Shown: positions 1 to 9,444 of the stretch, piece by piece
How the letters are laid out: each line of letters starts with the position of its first letter
Position numbering within the stretch: position 1 is the first letter of the stretch
NCBI GenBank assembly: GCA_043747615.1
Contig: JAYTOU010000029.1
Span: forward strand, 20,860-84,859
DNA: 64,000 bases
Direction of reading: 5' to 3'
Source of the DNA: Myxococcales bacterium
Lineage (GTDB): Bacteria; Myxococcota_A; Polyangia; Polyangiales; Polyangiaceae
The notes under the pieces: model-generated
The model's database searches: none
The model's input: the letters and a program-made list of their open reading frames with translations, nothing else
What the model was told of the DNA's origin: nothing
Made by a program: the position numbers and the translations under genes

Positions 1-515
1 TGCCCACCGGCCTGCGCGGCATGCTCGGAACGTCGCTCGCGTTCGGCCTCGCGGCGTTCGCCACAGCCAACACGTGTAAGCATTTCATCAAATTCCAGCT
101 CGAAGAAGTGGGCGACATCGACGGAGCGATCGCCGCGATCGAGCCTAGAAAACACACGGCTGCGCTCATCTACGATCGCCACTCAGAGATCACCAACTGG
201 GCCCCGTTCCTCCACTTCGGCTCGTACGTGCAGGCGGCAAAAGGTGGCGTGGTCGAGTTCACCTACGCGGGCTACGCGCACTGGCCCTTCGACTTCAAAG
301 CCGGCCGCTACCCGCCCCCCGGCGGCCCGGCGCGCAACCGCTGGGAGTGGATGCCCGAAGCCGTGTCGATGAGCGAGCTCCTGCCTTACTACGATTATGT
401 GCTCACCCGCGGGAACGGTTTCCATCCGCCGCCGGGCACCTTCCACATCAAGTTCAAAGGCGACCGCTGGACAGTCTGGGCGAAGGACGCAGCCGGAACT
501 GCCAGCGGACAATGA
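1..515 (+). CDS. 3' part of a membrane protein, paralogous to the C-terminus of 10694..12421 (GT-C-like); runs off the left edge
   Basis: ORF ends TGA at 513-515. A TM segment is followed by WAPFLHFGSYVQA..DFKAG..ELLPYYDYVLTRG..GDRWTVWAK, which aligns by eye with WKPNWHVEKFYMA..RYKAG..DLWSYHELVLVHG..EGSWELWRK of 10694..12421. Confidence 0.65.
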   Translation, partial: PTGLRGMLGTSLAFGLAAFATANTCKHFIKFQLEEVGDIDGAIAAIEPRKHTAALIYDRHSEITNWAPFLHFGSYVQAAKGGVVEFTYAGYAHWPFDFKAGRYPPPGGPARNRWEWMPEAVSMSELLPYYDYVLTRGNGFHPPPGTFHIKFKGDRWTVWAKDAAGTASGQ

Positions 516-606
516 AGCGCCTTAGAACCGCGCCGCCGTTGACGAGGCCTCGAACACCGTAGGCCGCAGTGACAAACGCGTGCAGGTGTATTACGACCGA
601 CGCACG

Positions 607-1050
607 ATGGCTCAGGCGAAATCGACTTCACGTAGCTCCGCAGGTGGAGCAGTCGGACGGGAGGCGCGTATCGGAAGCGGCGCGCGCGTTCGTGGGCGCA
701 TCCACGGCGACGGCGATCTCACGGTCGACGGGCACGTCGCTGGCGACATCGTCATCCAGGGTCAGCTCACGATCTCCGAGGGGGGAAGCGTAGAAGCCGA
801 ATCGGTCGAGGCCGAGAGCCTCACCATCGGCGGGTCGCTCGAGGGGGACGTCAGGGTCAGCGGCCAAGTTCGCGTGCTCGCGGGCTCGAAGATGACCGGC
901 AACGTCCGCGGCGGAGGCATCGCGATCGACGATGGCGCCGAGTTCGCAGGCCGCATCGACTGCGAATTCTCACTCCCGGCCGAGCTCGAGAGCGGCGGAT
1001 CCGCGAGCAGCTCGTCATCAGGTTCAACCGGCGCGTCGCGAAGGCGCTAG
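607..1050 (+). CDS. bactofilin (polymer-forming cytoskeletal protein), first of a BacNOP-like triplet
   Basis: Beta-helix repeats IGSGARVRGRIHGDGDLTVDGHVAGDI..GGSLEGDV..IDDGAEFAGRID; ATG at 607 chosen over the GTG at 580. Confidence 0.85.
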   Translation: MAQAKSTSRSSAGGAVGREARIGSGARVRGRIHGDGDLTVDGHVAGDIVIQGQLTISEGGSVEAESVEAESLTIGGSLEGDVRVSGQVRVLAGSKMTGNVRGGGIAIDDGAEFAGRIDCEFSLPAELESGGSASSSSSGSTGASRRR

Positions 1051-1065
1051 TAGAAGGAGATCCAC

Positions 1066-1380
1066 ATGGCGAGCACGATCATCGGCGCAGGCATCACCAT
1101 CGACGGAGAGCTCACGAGCGACGAAGGCATCGTCGTGCACGGAACGGTGCGCGGAAAGCTCAGCGCAAAAGACGGCGTGTCCGTCGAGCAAGGCGGCGTC
1201 GTCGAAGCGGACATCGTCAGCGGACCGCTCACCGTCGCCGGCGCCGTCACTGGCAACATTCATTCGAGCGATCGCGTCGACCTGCAGCCCGGAGCAAGGG
1301 TCGTCGGGAACGTCAAAGCCACACGCATCACCATCGCCGACGGCGCCCAATTCAAGGGAAACGTCGACATGGACGTTTGA
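1066..1380 (+). CDS. bactofilin, second of the triplet
   Basis: MASTIIGAGITIDGEL..VHGTVRGKL..RITIADGAQFKGNVDMDV; SD AAGGAG upstream. Confidence 0.92.
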   Translation: MASTIIGAGITIDGELTSDEGIVVHGTVRGKLSAKDGVSVEQGGVVEADIVSGPLTVAGAVTGNIHSSDRVDLQPGARVVGNVKATRITIADGAQFKGNVDMDV

Positions 1381-1391
1381 GGGAATAACCA

Positions 1392-1928
1392 ATGGCCGAC
1401 GTGACCACCGTACTATCGCGCTCGACGCACGTTCGCGGGCGCGTCTCCGGCGCAGCGAACCTCGAAATCCAAGGGCGGGTCGACGGCGAAGTCGACGTCA
1501 CGGGCGAGCTCGTCGTCGACACACATGCGCTCGTTGCTGCCAACCTCACCGCCCGCCGACTCATCATCCGCGGTGCCGTCAAAGGGGATCTCACCGCCGC
1601 TGAAGGCGTGGTCCTCGAGGACGGAGCGCGCGTCGTAGGCGATGTGCGGGCGCCGCGAATTTCCATTGCTCCCGGAGCGCTCCTCCGGGGCTACGTGCAG
1701 ACGGGAGCCGGCGCGGCGGCAGCGCCTCGTGCAAAGGCGCACGCAGTTCAGCACGTTGCCCGCCCGGTGCCCAAAGCCGCTCCGCCGCCCGCGCGTCCGG
1801 TCGTAGCCGTCGCAGCGAAAAAACCGGAGCCGGCCCGCGTCGCCATTAAATCCGGTCCGCCCGCCCCCGTGGTCCCCGCGCTCCGTAAGGGCGCGAAGAG
1901 CGCACTTCACAAGAAGCGCGCTAGCTAA
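1392..1928 (+). CDS. bactofilin with Pro/Ala/Lys-rich C-terminal tail (BacP-like)
   Basis: Bactofilin domain VRGRVSG..LEIQGRVDGEV..GDVRAPRISIAPGALLRGYV followed by a low-complexity basic tail. Confidence 0.88.
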   Translation: MADVTTVLSRSTHVRGRVSGAANLEIQGRVDGEVDVTGELVVDTHALVAANLTARRLIIRGAVKGDLTAAEGVVLEDGARVVGDVRAPRISIAPGALLRGYVQTGAGAAAAPRAKAHAVQHVARPVPKAAPPPARPVVAVAAKKPEPARVAIKSGPPAPVVPALRKGAKSALHKKRAS

Positions 1929-1938
1929 GCGAGCGCGT

Positions 1939-2484
1939 ATGAGCGCGCGTTCTCGGCTTCTCCAGCTCCTTAAGCTTCACTCGTACAAAAAGCGGCGAGT
2001 GATCCTTGCGTCGGGCAAGGAGAGCGACTTCTTCATCGACTGCAAACAGACGGTGCTCACCGCGGAAGGCCACGCGCTTGCGGGCGAGGTCCTCTACGAA
2101 GCGCTCTTCCCGCTCGAACATTGCGCGGCTGTCGCCGGCGTCGAGCTTGGTGGGTGTCCGCTCGCAAGCGCTGTCGCGATGATGAGCTTCCTCCGCGGCT
2201 CGCCCATCGACGCCGTTTACGTCCGAAAAGAGGCGAAAGACCACGGATCACAGCGTCTCCTCGAGGGAACCTCGCGCCTCAAGCCCGGAGCGCACGTTGC
2301 CATCGTCGAAGACGTGGTGACTACCGGTGGCTCGACGCTGAAGGCCGCCGAAAAAATCACAGCGGCCGGCTACACGGTGAGTGCCGTCATCGCGCTCGTC
2401 GATCGCCTCGAAGGTGGCGGCGAAGCAATCGAAGCTGCTGGCTTCGCGTTCACGTGCATCTACACCCGCGACGATTTCGTCTGA
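1939..2484 (+). CDS. pyrE: orotate phosphoribosyltransferase
   Basis: LASGKESDFFIDCK, VRKEAKDHG and the PRPP-binding motif VAIVEDVVTTGGS. Confidence 0.95.
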   Translation: MSARSRLLQLLKLHSYKKRRVILASGKESDFFIDCKQTVLTAEGHALAGEVLYEALFPLEHCAAVAGVELGGCPLASAVAMMSFLRGSPIDAVYVRKEAKDHGSQRLLEGTSRLKPGAHVAIVEDVVTTGGSTLKAAEKITAAGYTVSAVIALVDRLEGGGEAIEAAGFAFTCIYTRDDFV

Positions 2485-2497
2485 GCGCTCGCTCGCG

Positions 2498-3181
2498 TCA
2501 CTCGTTGAGCGACGCCTCGATGGTGCGCGCGTCGAACGGTGTAGCTGCTTCTTGGGAAGGCGCTGCCGGCTTTGAACCGCCCGAGCGAGGCCGAGACGCC
2601 TGCCGCGGAGTCGGGTTGTGTTTCGGAAGATGGGCGACGTCGACCAAGGGGATCGGGAACGTGTTGACGACCGGCGACGCCAGCGGGACCGGCTGAAACG
2701 GAGTTTGTACGCCCACCGGCTGCATCGGAACGGCCGTGGTCGGCGCGTAGATCTGAGGCGCGATCCCGGAGTTGGTTTCGATCGCTGGCTGCTGCTGAAG
2801 CTGCTGGAGCGCGGCGTCGGGCAGGATCGCCAGGGCAAACGCGGTTCGGAGGCGCACCAAATTGTGGCCGCTCAGGAGGAACGCGAGGATCACACCAAGA
2901 GCGAGGCCAAGGCTCAGAAAACGAAGCGAGCCGCCTTCGGACCCGCTCGCGTCCACGACGACGACCTGCGGCGTGCGCGACGTGAGCAGAGTGGTTGCAG
3001 TGGGATTGGCCACGGCCGCATAGGGCTGGGTCGGCAAGTTGCGCGAGTCCTCGACGACTTCGTGCGCGCGACGAAGCTCGCGGCGGGATCCGGAGACCCC
3101 GCCCCTTCGAACTACCGTCAACATCGCTTCGCTGTCGAGAACTGGCATCGCTTTCCCAGGCGCTGGAATGTAAGTGTTCAC
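2498..3181 (-). CDS. hypothetical single-TM protein with Pro/Gln-rich region (start uncertain: 3181, 3148 or 3124)
   Basis: Fills the gap between pyrE and the PSRP gene; hydrophobic FLSLGLALGVILAFLLSG. Confidence 0.55.
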   Translation of the reverse strand: MNTYIPAPGKAMPVLDSEAMLTVVRRGGVSGSRRELRRAHEVVEDSRNLPTQPYAAVANPTATTLLTSRTPQVVVVDASGSEGGSLRFLSLGLALGVILAFLLSGHNLVRLRTAFALAILPDAALQQLQQQPAIETNSGIAPQIYAPTTAVPMQPVGVQTPFQPVPLASPVVNTFPIPLVDVAHLPKHNPTPRQASRPRSGGSKPAAPSQEAATPFDARTIEASLNE

Positions 3182-3342
3182 CCCCCATTAAGCAGGTTTC
3201 ATGCCCTGCGTTCTCCAACCGCTTTACCCGAAAATTCAGGTGCGATCTGGTGCACCGTTCATCCACGCCATGGACGACGATCGATCCTTATCCGAGCGCA
3301 ATCGCCGTCGCTCGGGCTAGACTGCCACTCTAGGAGTTTACT

Positions 3343-4188
3343 TTGTCCGAGATTCGACGAATTGACGTTCTCAGTGATTCGACGGGGGAAACCGCGGAGA
3401 AAGTGGTCCGCGCCGCCATGCTTCAGTTCCCCCATTCGGGCGCTCAGGTCCGGCTCCACACGCGCGTGCGTACGAAGGAAGCCGCCCGTCCCGTCCTCGA
3501 ACGCGCTGGAAAAGAGGGGGCGCTCGTCGTCTTCACGGTCGTGAGCCCCGAGCTGCGCGAGTACATCCACGCCGCGAGCTACGAGCTCAAGGTAGAGGCG
3601 CTCGACCTCATCGGCTCCCTCATCGGAAAGCTCGGTACGTTTCTCGATCGCCAGCCGATCAACATGCCGAGCGCAATGCTGCCGCTGTCGGACGAATACT
3701 TCCGCCGCATCGAAGCCGTCGAGTTCACGGTGAAGAGCGACGACGGAAAAGAGCCGCGCAATTTCAAGAAGGCCGATCTCGTTCTCGTCGGCGTGAGCCG
3801 GACCTCGAAGACGCCTCTATCCACGCTCCTCGCGCAGCGCGGGCTCAAGGTGGCGAACCTCCCCATCGTGCTCGGCATCGAGACGCCGCCGGAGCTCGAG
3901 GAGGCGCATCAAGAACGGGTGGTCGGCCTGACCATCGAGATCGATACGCTGGTCGAAATCCGTAAGGCGCGCTTGAAGCAGCTCGGCATGCCGGGCGACG
4001 CAAGCTACGGCCTTCGCGAGCAGGTCAAAGAGGAGCTGGAATTCGCTCAGCGCATCTTCCGCGCGCACCCGGCGTGGCCGGTGATCGACGTGACGGGCCG
4101 CGCGATCGAAGAGACAGCGGTGATCATTCTCGAGTCGCTCAAGGACCGCGACGAGCAAGCGAAGAACCTGCGCGCGGCACTCGTCTAA
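3343..4188 (+). CDS. ppsR: pyruvate,phosphate/water dikinase regulatory protein (PSRP kinase/pyrophosphorylase, DUF299)
   Basis: SDSTGETAE, YFRRIEAVEFTVKSDDG, GVSRTSKTPLS, IDVTGRAIEETA; TTG start after SD AGGAG. Confidence 0.93.
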   Translation: MSEIRRIDVLSDSTGETAEKVVRAAMLQFPHSGAQVRLHTRVRTKEAARPVLERAGKEGALVVFTVVSPELREYIHAASYELKVEALDLIGSLIGKLGTFLDRQPINMPSAMLPLSDEYFRRIEAVEFTVKSDDGKEPRNFKKADLVLVGVSRTSKTPLSTLLAQRGLKVANLPIVLGIETPPELEEAHQERVVGLTIEIDTLVEIRKARLKQLGMPGDASYGLREQVKEELEFAQRIFRAHPAWPVIDVTGRAIEETAVIILESLKDRDEQAKNLRAALV

Positions 4189-4209
4189 CTACGGAGAGTA
4201 CTCAGGACA

Positions 4210-4713
4210 CTAGCAGCCGCAGCCGATCAAACAGTTCGGATCGCCGCCGCACTCGCTCGCGCACACTTTGTCGCACGTGCCCTTGCCCATCGGAACGACG
4301 GGGTTTCCAGCGACGCATCGGCTTTCACCGACCTGCGCGCAAACCGTCGCTTCCGTCTGGTTCTTGAGCATCTCGGATGCCTGCGCACAGGTCGCGGGCA
4401 CGCCGAGCGGACAAAGCGAGCCGTTGCACGCGCACTCGATGTCGAGCGTGCCTCCCTTCACGCGGAAGCCGCAGTTCGGAAAGACGTCGTGGTTGACGAC
4501 GACAGAGGGGCACAGGCTGTTCACGCTGCAGATCGTCGCGCCAGTCGTCTGCTCGACGATGCAGTCGACACCCTTGGCGGCGTCCGCGGTGGCCGTGGTC
4601 GCATCCGTTGCCGTCCCGACCGCCGCCGTCCCCGCGTCGTGCGAGCTACCCGTGTTGACCCCGATGCACGCGGTCAGGAAGAGCGAAAAGAGAATTGAGA
4701 CACGTAACCTCAT
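4210..4713 (-). CDS. Cys-rich lipoprotein
   Basis: ATG at 4713; signal MRLRVSILFSLFLTA-C with lipobox LTAC; 16 further Cys, ending CLIGCGC. Confidence 0.75.
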   Translation of the reverse strand: MRLRVSILFSLFLTACIGVNTGSSHDAGTAAVGTATDATTATADAAKGVDCIVEQTTGATICSVNSLCPSVVVNHDVFPNCGFRVKGGTLDIECACNGSLCPLGVPATCAQASEMLKNQTEATVCAQVGESRCVAGNPVVPMGKGTCDKVCASECGGDPNCLIGCGC

Positions 4714-4771
4714 GCCGTGAGAATGCAGACGACGCGAGGCTGGGCCAACTTCGGTGTACCTTACGAGGCGC

Positions 4772-5872
4772 ATGCCCCAAGACCTACCCACCGAAGCTCT
4801 CTCTCGGCTGACGTCGACCCTCGCGGAAGACGCTATTTTTGCGCTTGCTTCCTCGCTCACCGTCAACCGCGAGGTTCTCGACAGCGCCATCAAGCGACGG
4901 GGAGACGCGCACACCGCGTCGTTCCAGAACCAACCGGTCGCACAGATGACCGAGCTCGATGCGTGGACGATCGAGATGGCGCGGGTGATGGCGCCGATTG
5001 CACCTCCGGTGTGGCTGCCGATGGCGGATGTCCTCCGCGAGAAGGTGACCCTCGAAGTGGGCGCGCGCGGGCTCCGGGCGATCTTTTCCTCGAAGCCGAG
5101 CGACAAGGACGTGCAACGCGTGAAGAGGCTGGGCACGCTCGCCGTGCGTGTGCTCCGCGCGGTGCTCGCCGCTGACGGCCCGATCGACGCGGAGGAAGCG
5201 CGAACGATCGCCGCGGTCGTCGGGTCCCTCGGGCTCCCGGAGGCTGACGCGCTGGTGCTCCGTACGGAAGCGCCCGTCGCCGTCGAATCGATGGATGTCT
5301 ACGGAGAGCTTGAGGTCGGGGTGTCGCGGGGGCTCGTACGTGGGGCCTGGCTCGCGGCGGCACTCGACTCGCTCGATCCGCGGGAAGAGCAAATCGTTCG
5401 CACGCTCGCAAGCAAGCACGGGATCGGTACGCAAGACGTAGAGCTGCTCAAGGACGAGGCGATCGCCCTCATCGCTCGGCTTCGCGCAGCAGGGCTCGCC
5501 GCGGTGGACGCGATCCGCTTCGTTCTCGCCGATCGGGTTCCCGGAGCGGGAATTCAGCTCGCCGCCAATGTGGGGACGCTCCTCTTGCCGCGTCGTTACC
5601 GCGAAGAAATTCTTGCGCAGGTGGCCCAAGGCGCGCCCGTCGTCCTCGCCAAGCGACACACCACGCTGCCTTCCGACGATCGCGCTGCCGTCATCGGGAT
5701 AGCGTGGGCAGCCGCGCTACAGGAGGATCCGAGCCTCGCGAGGCGAGCGCTCCTTCGTGCCCGCGTCGATCGCTTCGCTGCCGACATGGGCGAGCAAGGC
5801 GGGCGCGTCCGTCCGATCGTCGAAGCAGCGATCGACGAGGCCCTTGCCGCCGTCGCCGCCGGGATGCCGTAA
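4772..5872 (+). CDS. TerB-like helical protein
   Basis: TerB-type motifs VLAADGPIDAEEARTI and LAAALDSLDPREEQIV; stop lies 4 nt before proC. Confidence 0.6.
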   Translation: MPQDLPTEALSRLTSTLAEDAIFALASSLTVNREVLDSAIKRRGDAHTASFQNQPVAQMTELDAWTIEMARVMAPIAPPVWLPMADVLREKVTLEVGARGLRAIFSSKPSDKDVQRVKRLGTLAVRVLRAVLAADGPIDAEEARTIAAVVGSLGLPEADALVLRTEAPVAVESMDVYGELEVGVSRGLVRGAWLAAALDSLDPREEQIVRTLASKHGIGTQDVELLKDEAIALIARLRAAGLAAVDAIRFVLADRVPGAGIQLAANVGTLLLPRRYREEILAQVAQGAPVVLAKRHTTLPSDDRAAVIGIAWAAALQEDPSLARRALLRARVDRFAADMGEQGGRVRPIVEAAIDEALAAVAAGMP

Positions 5873-5876
5873 AAAC

Positions 5877-6725
5877 ATGCAAAGTACAATCAAAAATATT
5901 GGGTTTCTCGGGGCGGGGAACATGGCCGAGGCTCTCATCAAAGGTCTCCTGCACGCCGCAGTGCTCGCTCCCGCGCATATCCTGGCGAGCGATCTGAAGG
6001 CTGATCGCTTGAAGCACCTCGAGACTACGCACGGCATTCGCGTCACCACGAACAACCGAGAGCTCATCGACTCGGTCGACGTCCTGGTGATCGCCGTAAA
6101 ACCGCAGGTCGTAGACAAGGTACTCGGAGCCGTAGGTCAGTCCGTGAGAAACGAGACGCTCGTCATTTCGGTCGCGGCCGGCGTACCCGTCGAGGCCATC
6201 GAATCGCGGCTTCCACCGAATGCTCGCCTGGTGCGCGCGATGCCGAACACGCCGGCCACCGCCCTTGCAGGAGCCACGGCGATCGCCGCGGGAACGCACG
6301 CCACGGAGCACGATCTAGCGATCGCGCGCGAGCTCTTCGATGCCGTTGGGCGCGTGGTCACTCTCGACGAAACCCTGCTCGACGCCGTGACCGGACTCTC
6401 CGGAAGCGGGCCTGCGTACGTGATGCTCATCATCGAGGCGCTCGCTGACGGCGGCGTGAAAATGGGACTGCATCGCGACACCGCGCTCCTCCTCGCAGCC
6501 CAGACCGTCTATGGCTCGGCGAAGCTCCTCCTCGAAACAGGGGAGCACCCCGGTCGCCTCAAGGACATGGTGACCAGCCCCGGGGGCACCGCAATCGCGG
6601 GCCTCCACACGCTCGAGTCCGGTGGTCTTCGCACGACGCTCATCAACGCCGTGGAGACAGCGAGCAAGCGCTCCGCCGAGCTCGGCGAGCAGATACGGCT
6701 CAAGATGCAGCAGCAGAAGAAGTGA
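5877..6725 (+). CDS. proC: pyrroline-5-carboxylate reductase
   Basis: IGFLGAGNMA, AVKPQ, RAMPNT, GLSGSGPAY, VTSPGGT; ATG at 5877. Confidence 0.96.
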   Translation: MQSTIKNIGFLGAGNMAEALIKGLLHAAVLAPAHILASDLKADRLKHLETTHGIRVTTNNRELIDSVDVLVIAVKPQVVDKVLGAVGQSVRNETLVISVAAGVPVEAIESRLPPNARLVRAMPNTPATALAGATAIAAGTHATEHDLAIARELFDAVGRVVTLDETLLDAVTGLSGSGPAYVMLIIEALADGGVKMGLHRDTALLLAAQTVYGSAKLLLETGEHPGRLKDMVTSPGGTAIAGLHTLESGGLRTTLINAVETASKRSAELGEQIRLKMQQQKK

Positions 6726-6730
6726 TCGAT

Positions 6731-7546
6731 CTAGCTTCTGCGCGCGCGGCGAAGCTCGGCGAGCTCGAAGGCAATCGATGCGAGATCCCCCGCCGCGGCG
6801 ATCATTCCGGACGTCTTGAGCTTCGATCCGCCCACGTCCTCCCAGTGGTAGAGGGGTACCTCGAGAAATGCGGAGCGCTCGAGCGGCGGGTTCGCGCGGG
6901 TTCCGACGAGTAGTCTTCCGAGTAGCTCTACGTCGAACGCCCAGCGCGATCGGAAGGGTTTTTCGAGCACTTCGCGAAGGAGAGTGCTTGAGCGGAAAAA
7001 TTTCGCGCCGCACTGTGTGTCGTAAAACGGTGCGTCGAGGATGCCCGAAGCGACGGTCGCAAACACCCGCCCGAGGTAGTGACGGGCAGCGCGTCGCCGG
7101 ATGTCTCGTCCAATCAAGGCGACCCGAGCAGCAGTCACCACGCTCACTCCCGTCAGCGTCATCTCGTCGCGGAGGCGAACGAGCTCCTCCGGTGGCGTGG
7201 AGAGGTCGGCGTCCGCGTACCCGACGATCACCGGCGCTTCGGCTTTCTTGGCGAGCGCCGCGAGCATTCCCTGACGCACCGCTTCGCCCTTGCCGCCGTT
7301 CTTCGAGAGCCGGAGAAACGCGATATTCGCCTTCCTGGCGGCGAGCTCACCGAGGACCCGTCCCGTGCCGTCGGACGAGCCGTCGTCGACGAAGAGTAGC
7401 TGCACGTCCTTGGCGTCTGCGAGCTCGATGAAGCGCGCGACGTCGAGGCGCCTTTCCTCGTTGAAACACGGAACGACGATCAGAGTCGAGTGCACGGCCA
7501 CCGCCCGCGGGCCTGAGGCGCCTTTGTCGGGGTCGCTCGATTCCAT
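6731..7546 (-). CDS. GT2 polyprenol/dolichyl-phosphate glycosyltransferase-like protein
   Basis: VVPCFNEE, VDDGSSDGT, NGGKGEAVRQG, YADADLST (DxD), DTQCGAKFF, WAFDVELL. Confidence 0.9.
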   Translation of the reverse strand: MESSDPDKGASGPRAVAVHSTLIVVPCFNEERRLDVARFIELADAKDVQLLFVDDGSSDGTGRVLGELAARKANIAFLRLSKNGGKGEAVRQGMLAALAKKAEAPVIVGYADADLSTPPEELVRLRDEMTLTGVSVVTAARVALIGRDIRRRAARHYLGRVFATVASGILDAPFYDTQCGAKFFRSSTLLREVLEKPFRSRWAFDVELLGRLLVGTRANPPLERSAFLEVPLYHWEDVGGSKLKTSGMIAAAGDLASIAFELAELRRARRS

Positions 7547-7605
7547 CGGCGAACACCGTACTAACACATTCAAGTCTCGTCATTTCGCGGTATAAACAGC
7601 CCGCC

Positions 7606-9444
7606 ATGCTCTCGCCGAAAACGGCCCGTACGCCGGGGGTGGTGACCGCATTTTTCGTTTTTACCTTTTTCGTCTTTACCTGCGTTTTCCCGTACATCAG
7701 CTCGTTCAACAATCCGAACGAGAACGTCCGCATCTACATGACGATGGCGGTAGTGGAAGACCACACGTTCCGCATCGACAACGTGCTCGCGCGCCACGGG
7801 TACGTGAACGACATGGCGAAGGCCCCGGACAAGGCGGGCGTGCCGCACCTCTATTCGATCAAGGCCCCGCTGGTGAGCTACCTCGGCGTGCCGGTCTACT
7901 GGGCCTTCACGAAGATCGCGCCGCACTTCGAGCATCCGGTCCCAACGATTACCTCTAAAACCGAAGACAGAGCGTGGTGGTTCACGGCGGTGACGGCGGT
8001 GCTCAGGCTCTTCGTCCTCCAGATCCCGTGCTTCTTGTTCCTCGTCTGGTACGAGCGCTACTTGCGAGAGGTCAGCAAGGACACAGCGCTCCGCCTCACG
8101 GTGGTCGCGGCGGTCGGCCTCGGAACGAATTTTCTCGCCTACTCGCTGATGTTCGTCAGCCACACGCTCTTCGGTGTCGCCGCCTTCGTGTCGTTCGCCC
8201 TCATCACGCGTGAGCGTACGCGATCTCGAGGGCTGTCTCTGCGCCGCCGAAAATCGATCGCCTTCTTGGCGGGGCTATTTGCCGGCCTGGCCACGCTCGC
8301 CGAGTACCAAGCGTTTCCCGTTTCGTGCGCGCTCGCCCTCTACGCCTTCGCCGTTTTCTGGCGGCCGACGCGCCTAGTTCCCTTTCTTGCGGGCGCAGGA
8401 TTGAACGCCGGCGCGCTGATGTTTTACCAGTGGCGCTGCTACGGGAACCCGCTCACTCCTGGCCACAAAATGGCTGAGAATCCAGCGTTCGCAGCGTGGC
8501 ATCAGCAAGGCTTCTATGGCCTCGGAGAGCCGAGTTGGGAGACGTTCAACGGGCTCTCGTTCAGTCACGCGTTTGGATTCTTCGGCACCAGCCCCTTCAT
8601 GTGGCTCGGTCTACTGGCTGTCCCTTTCGGCATTTTTTTTGCGAGTGGATTTCCGCGCGAGCGTGAGCAGGGGCGCGTCGCGAACTTCGCCTGGATGTTC
8701 GCGATGCTTTGCCTCTGGGTTCCGATCAGCGCGGCGGTGAATTGGCGCGGCGGGTGGACGCTCGGTCCCCGATTTTTCGGAGGTGCTCCTCCCTTCTTTG
8801 GATTCGGCGCGCTCTTCGCGCTCGAGCATCTCTCGCGTCGCTCCGGTTTGCGCCGCGGCATTCTCCGGGGGATCGCGGGGGGTCTGGCGATCGCCAGCAT
8901 CGTGGAGCTCGGCTTCGTGGGCCTCGTCTACAACACCTACCCCGAGACGGTGACCCGGCCGCTCACCCAGATGGCGCTTCCCCTTGCGCGCGTCGGGTTC
9001 GTTCCCCACCACGCTGCGGAGCTCTTCGGCTGGAAATCGAGCACCTTCTTTTATCTCGTCGTCGGCTGTCTCTTCGTCGCCGCGCTGCTCGCCGCTCTCT
9101 GGCCCGCGGGCGACGGAAAAAAAGTTTATGCCCTTCGCCTCACGCTGGTGATCGTTGCCTGCGTGCTCGGGCTCCGTCCGGCGTTCAGCGATCCCGAGCC
9201 CGACGAGATCGGCGACGGTGCCGGCGATCTGCATTTCTTCGTTGCGAGCTGGGAGCCTGCCGGGCGCGACGCCCTAAGCCTTCTTCGCCCGGAGGCAGAG
9301 CGCTTCGGTCCGCGCGGCCCATGCCTCTGGCATCGCATCGCCAACCTCGAGCACATCGTTCACATGGATAGCGAGGCCGCCCGCGACGAAGCACGCGCGG
9401 GATCTACGCCTGCCTCCTCGTGCAAGTCGGCGCCCTTCGAGTGA
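7606..9444 (+). CDS. multi-TM membrane protein, GT-C-like
   Basis: N-terminal TM, then an external loop with NPNENVR, then many TM helices; WRGGWTLGPRF motif. Confidence 0.6.
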   Translation: MLSPKTARTPGVVTAFFVFTFFVFTCVFPYISSFNNPNENVRIYMTMAVVEDHTFRIDNVLARHGYVNDMAKAPDKAGVPHLYSIKAPLVSYLGVPVYWAFTKIAPHFEHPVPTITSKTEDRAWWFTAVTAVLRLFVLQIPCFLFLVWYERYLREVSKDTALRLTVVAAVGLGTNFLAYSLMFVSHTLFGVAAFVSFALITRERTRSRGLSLRRRKSIAFLAGLFAGLATLAEYQAFPVSCALALYAFAVFWRPTRLVPFLAGAGLNAGALMFYQWRCYGNPLTPGHKMAENPAFAAWHQQGFYGLGEPSWETFNGLSFSHAFGFFGTSPFMWLGLLAVPFGIFFASGFPREREQGRVANFAWMFAMLCLWVPISAAVNWRGGWTLGPRFFGGAPPFFGFGALFALEHLSRRSGLRRGILRGIAGGLAIASIVELGFVGLVYNTYPETVTRPLTQMALPLARVGFVPHHAAELFGWKSSTFFYLVVGCLFVAALLAALWPAGDGKKVYALRLTLVIVACVLGLRPAFSDPEPDEIGDGAGDLHFFVASWEPAGRDALSLLRPEAERFGPRGPCLWHRIANLEHIVHMDSEAARDEARAGSTPASSCKSAPFE

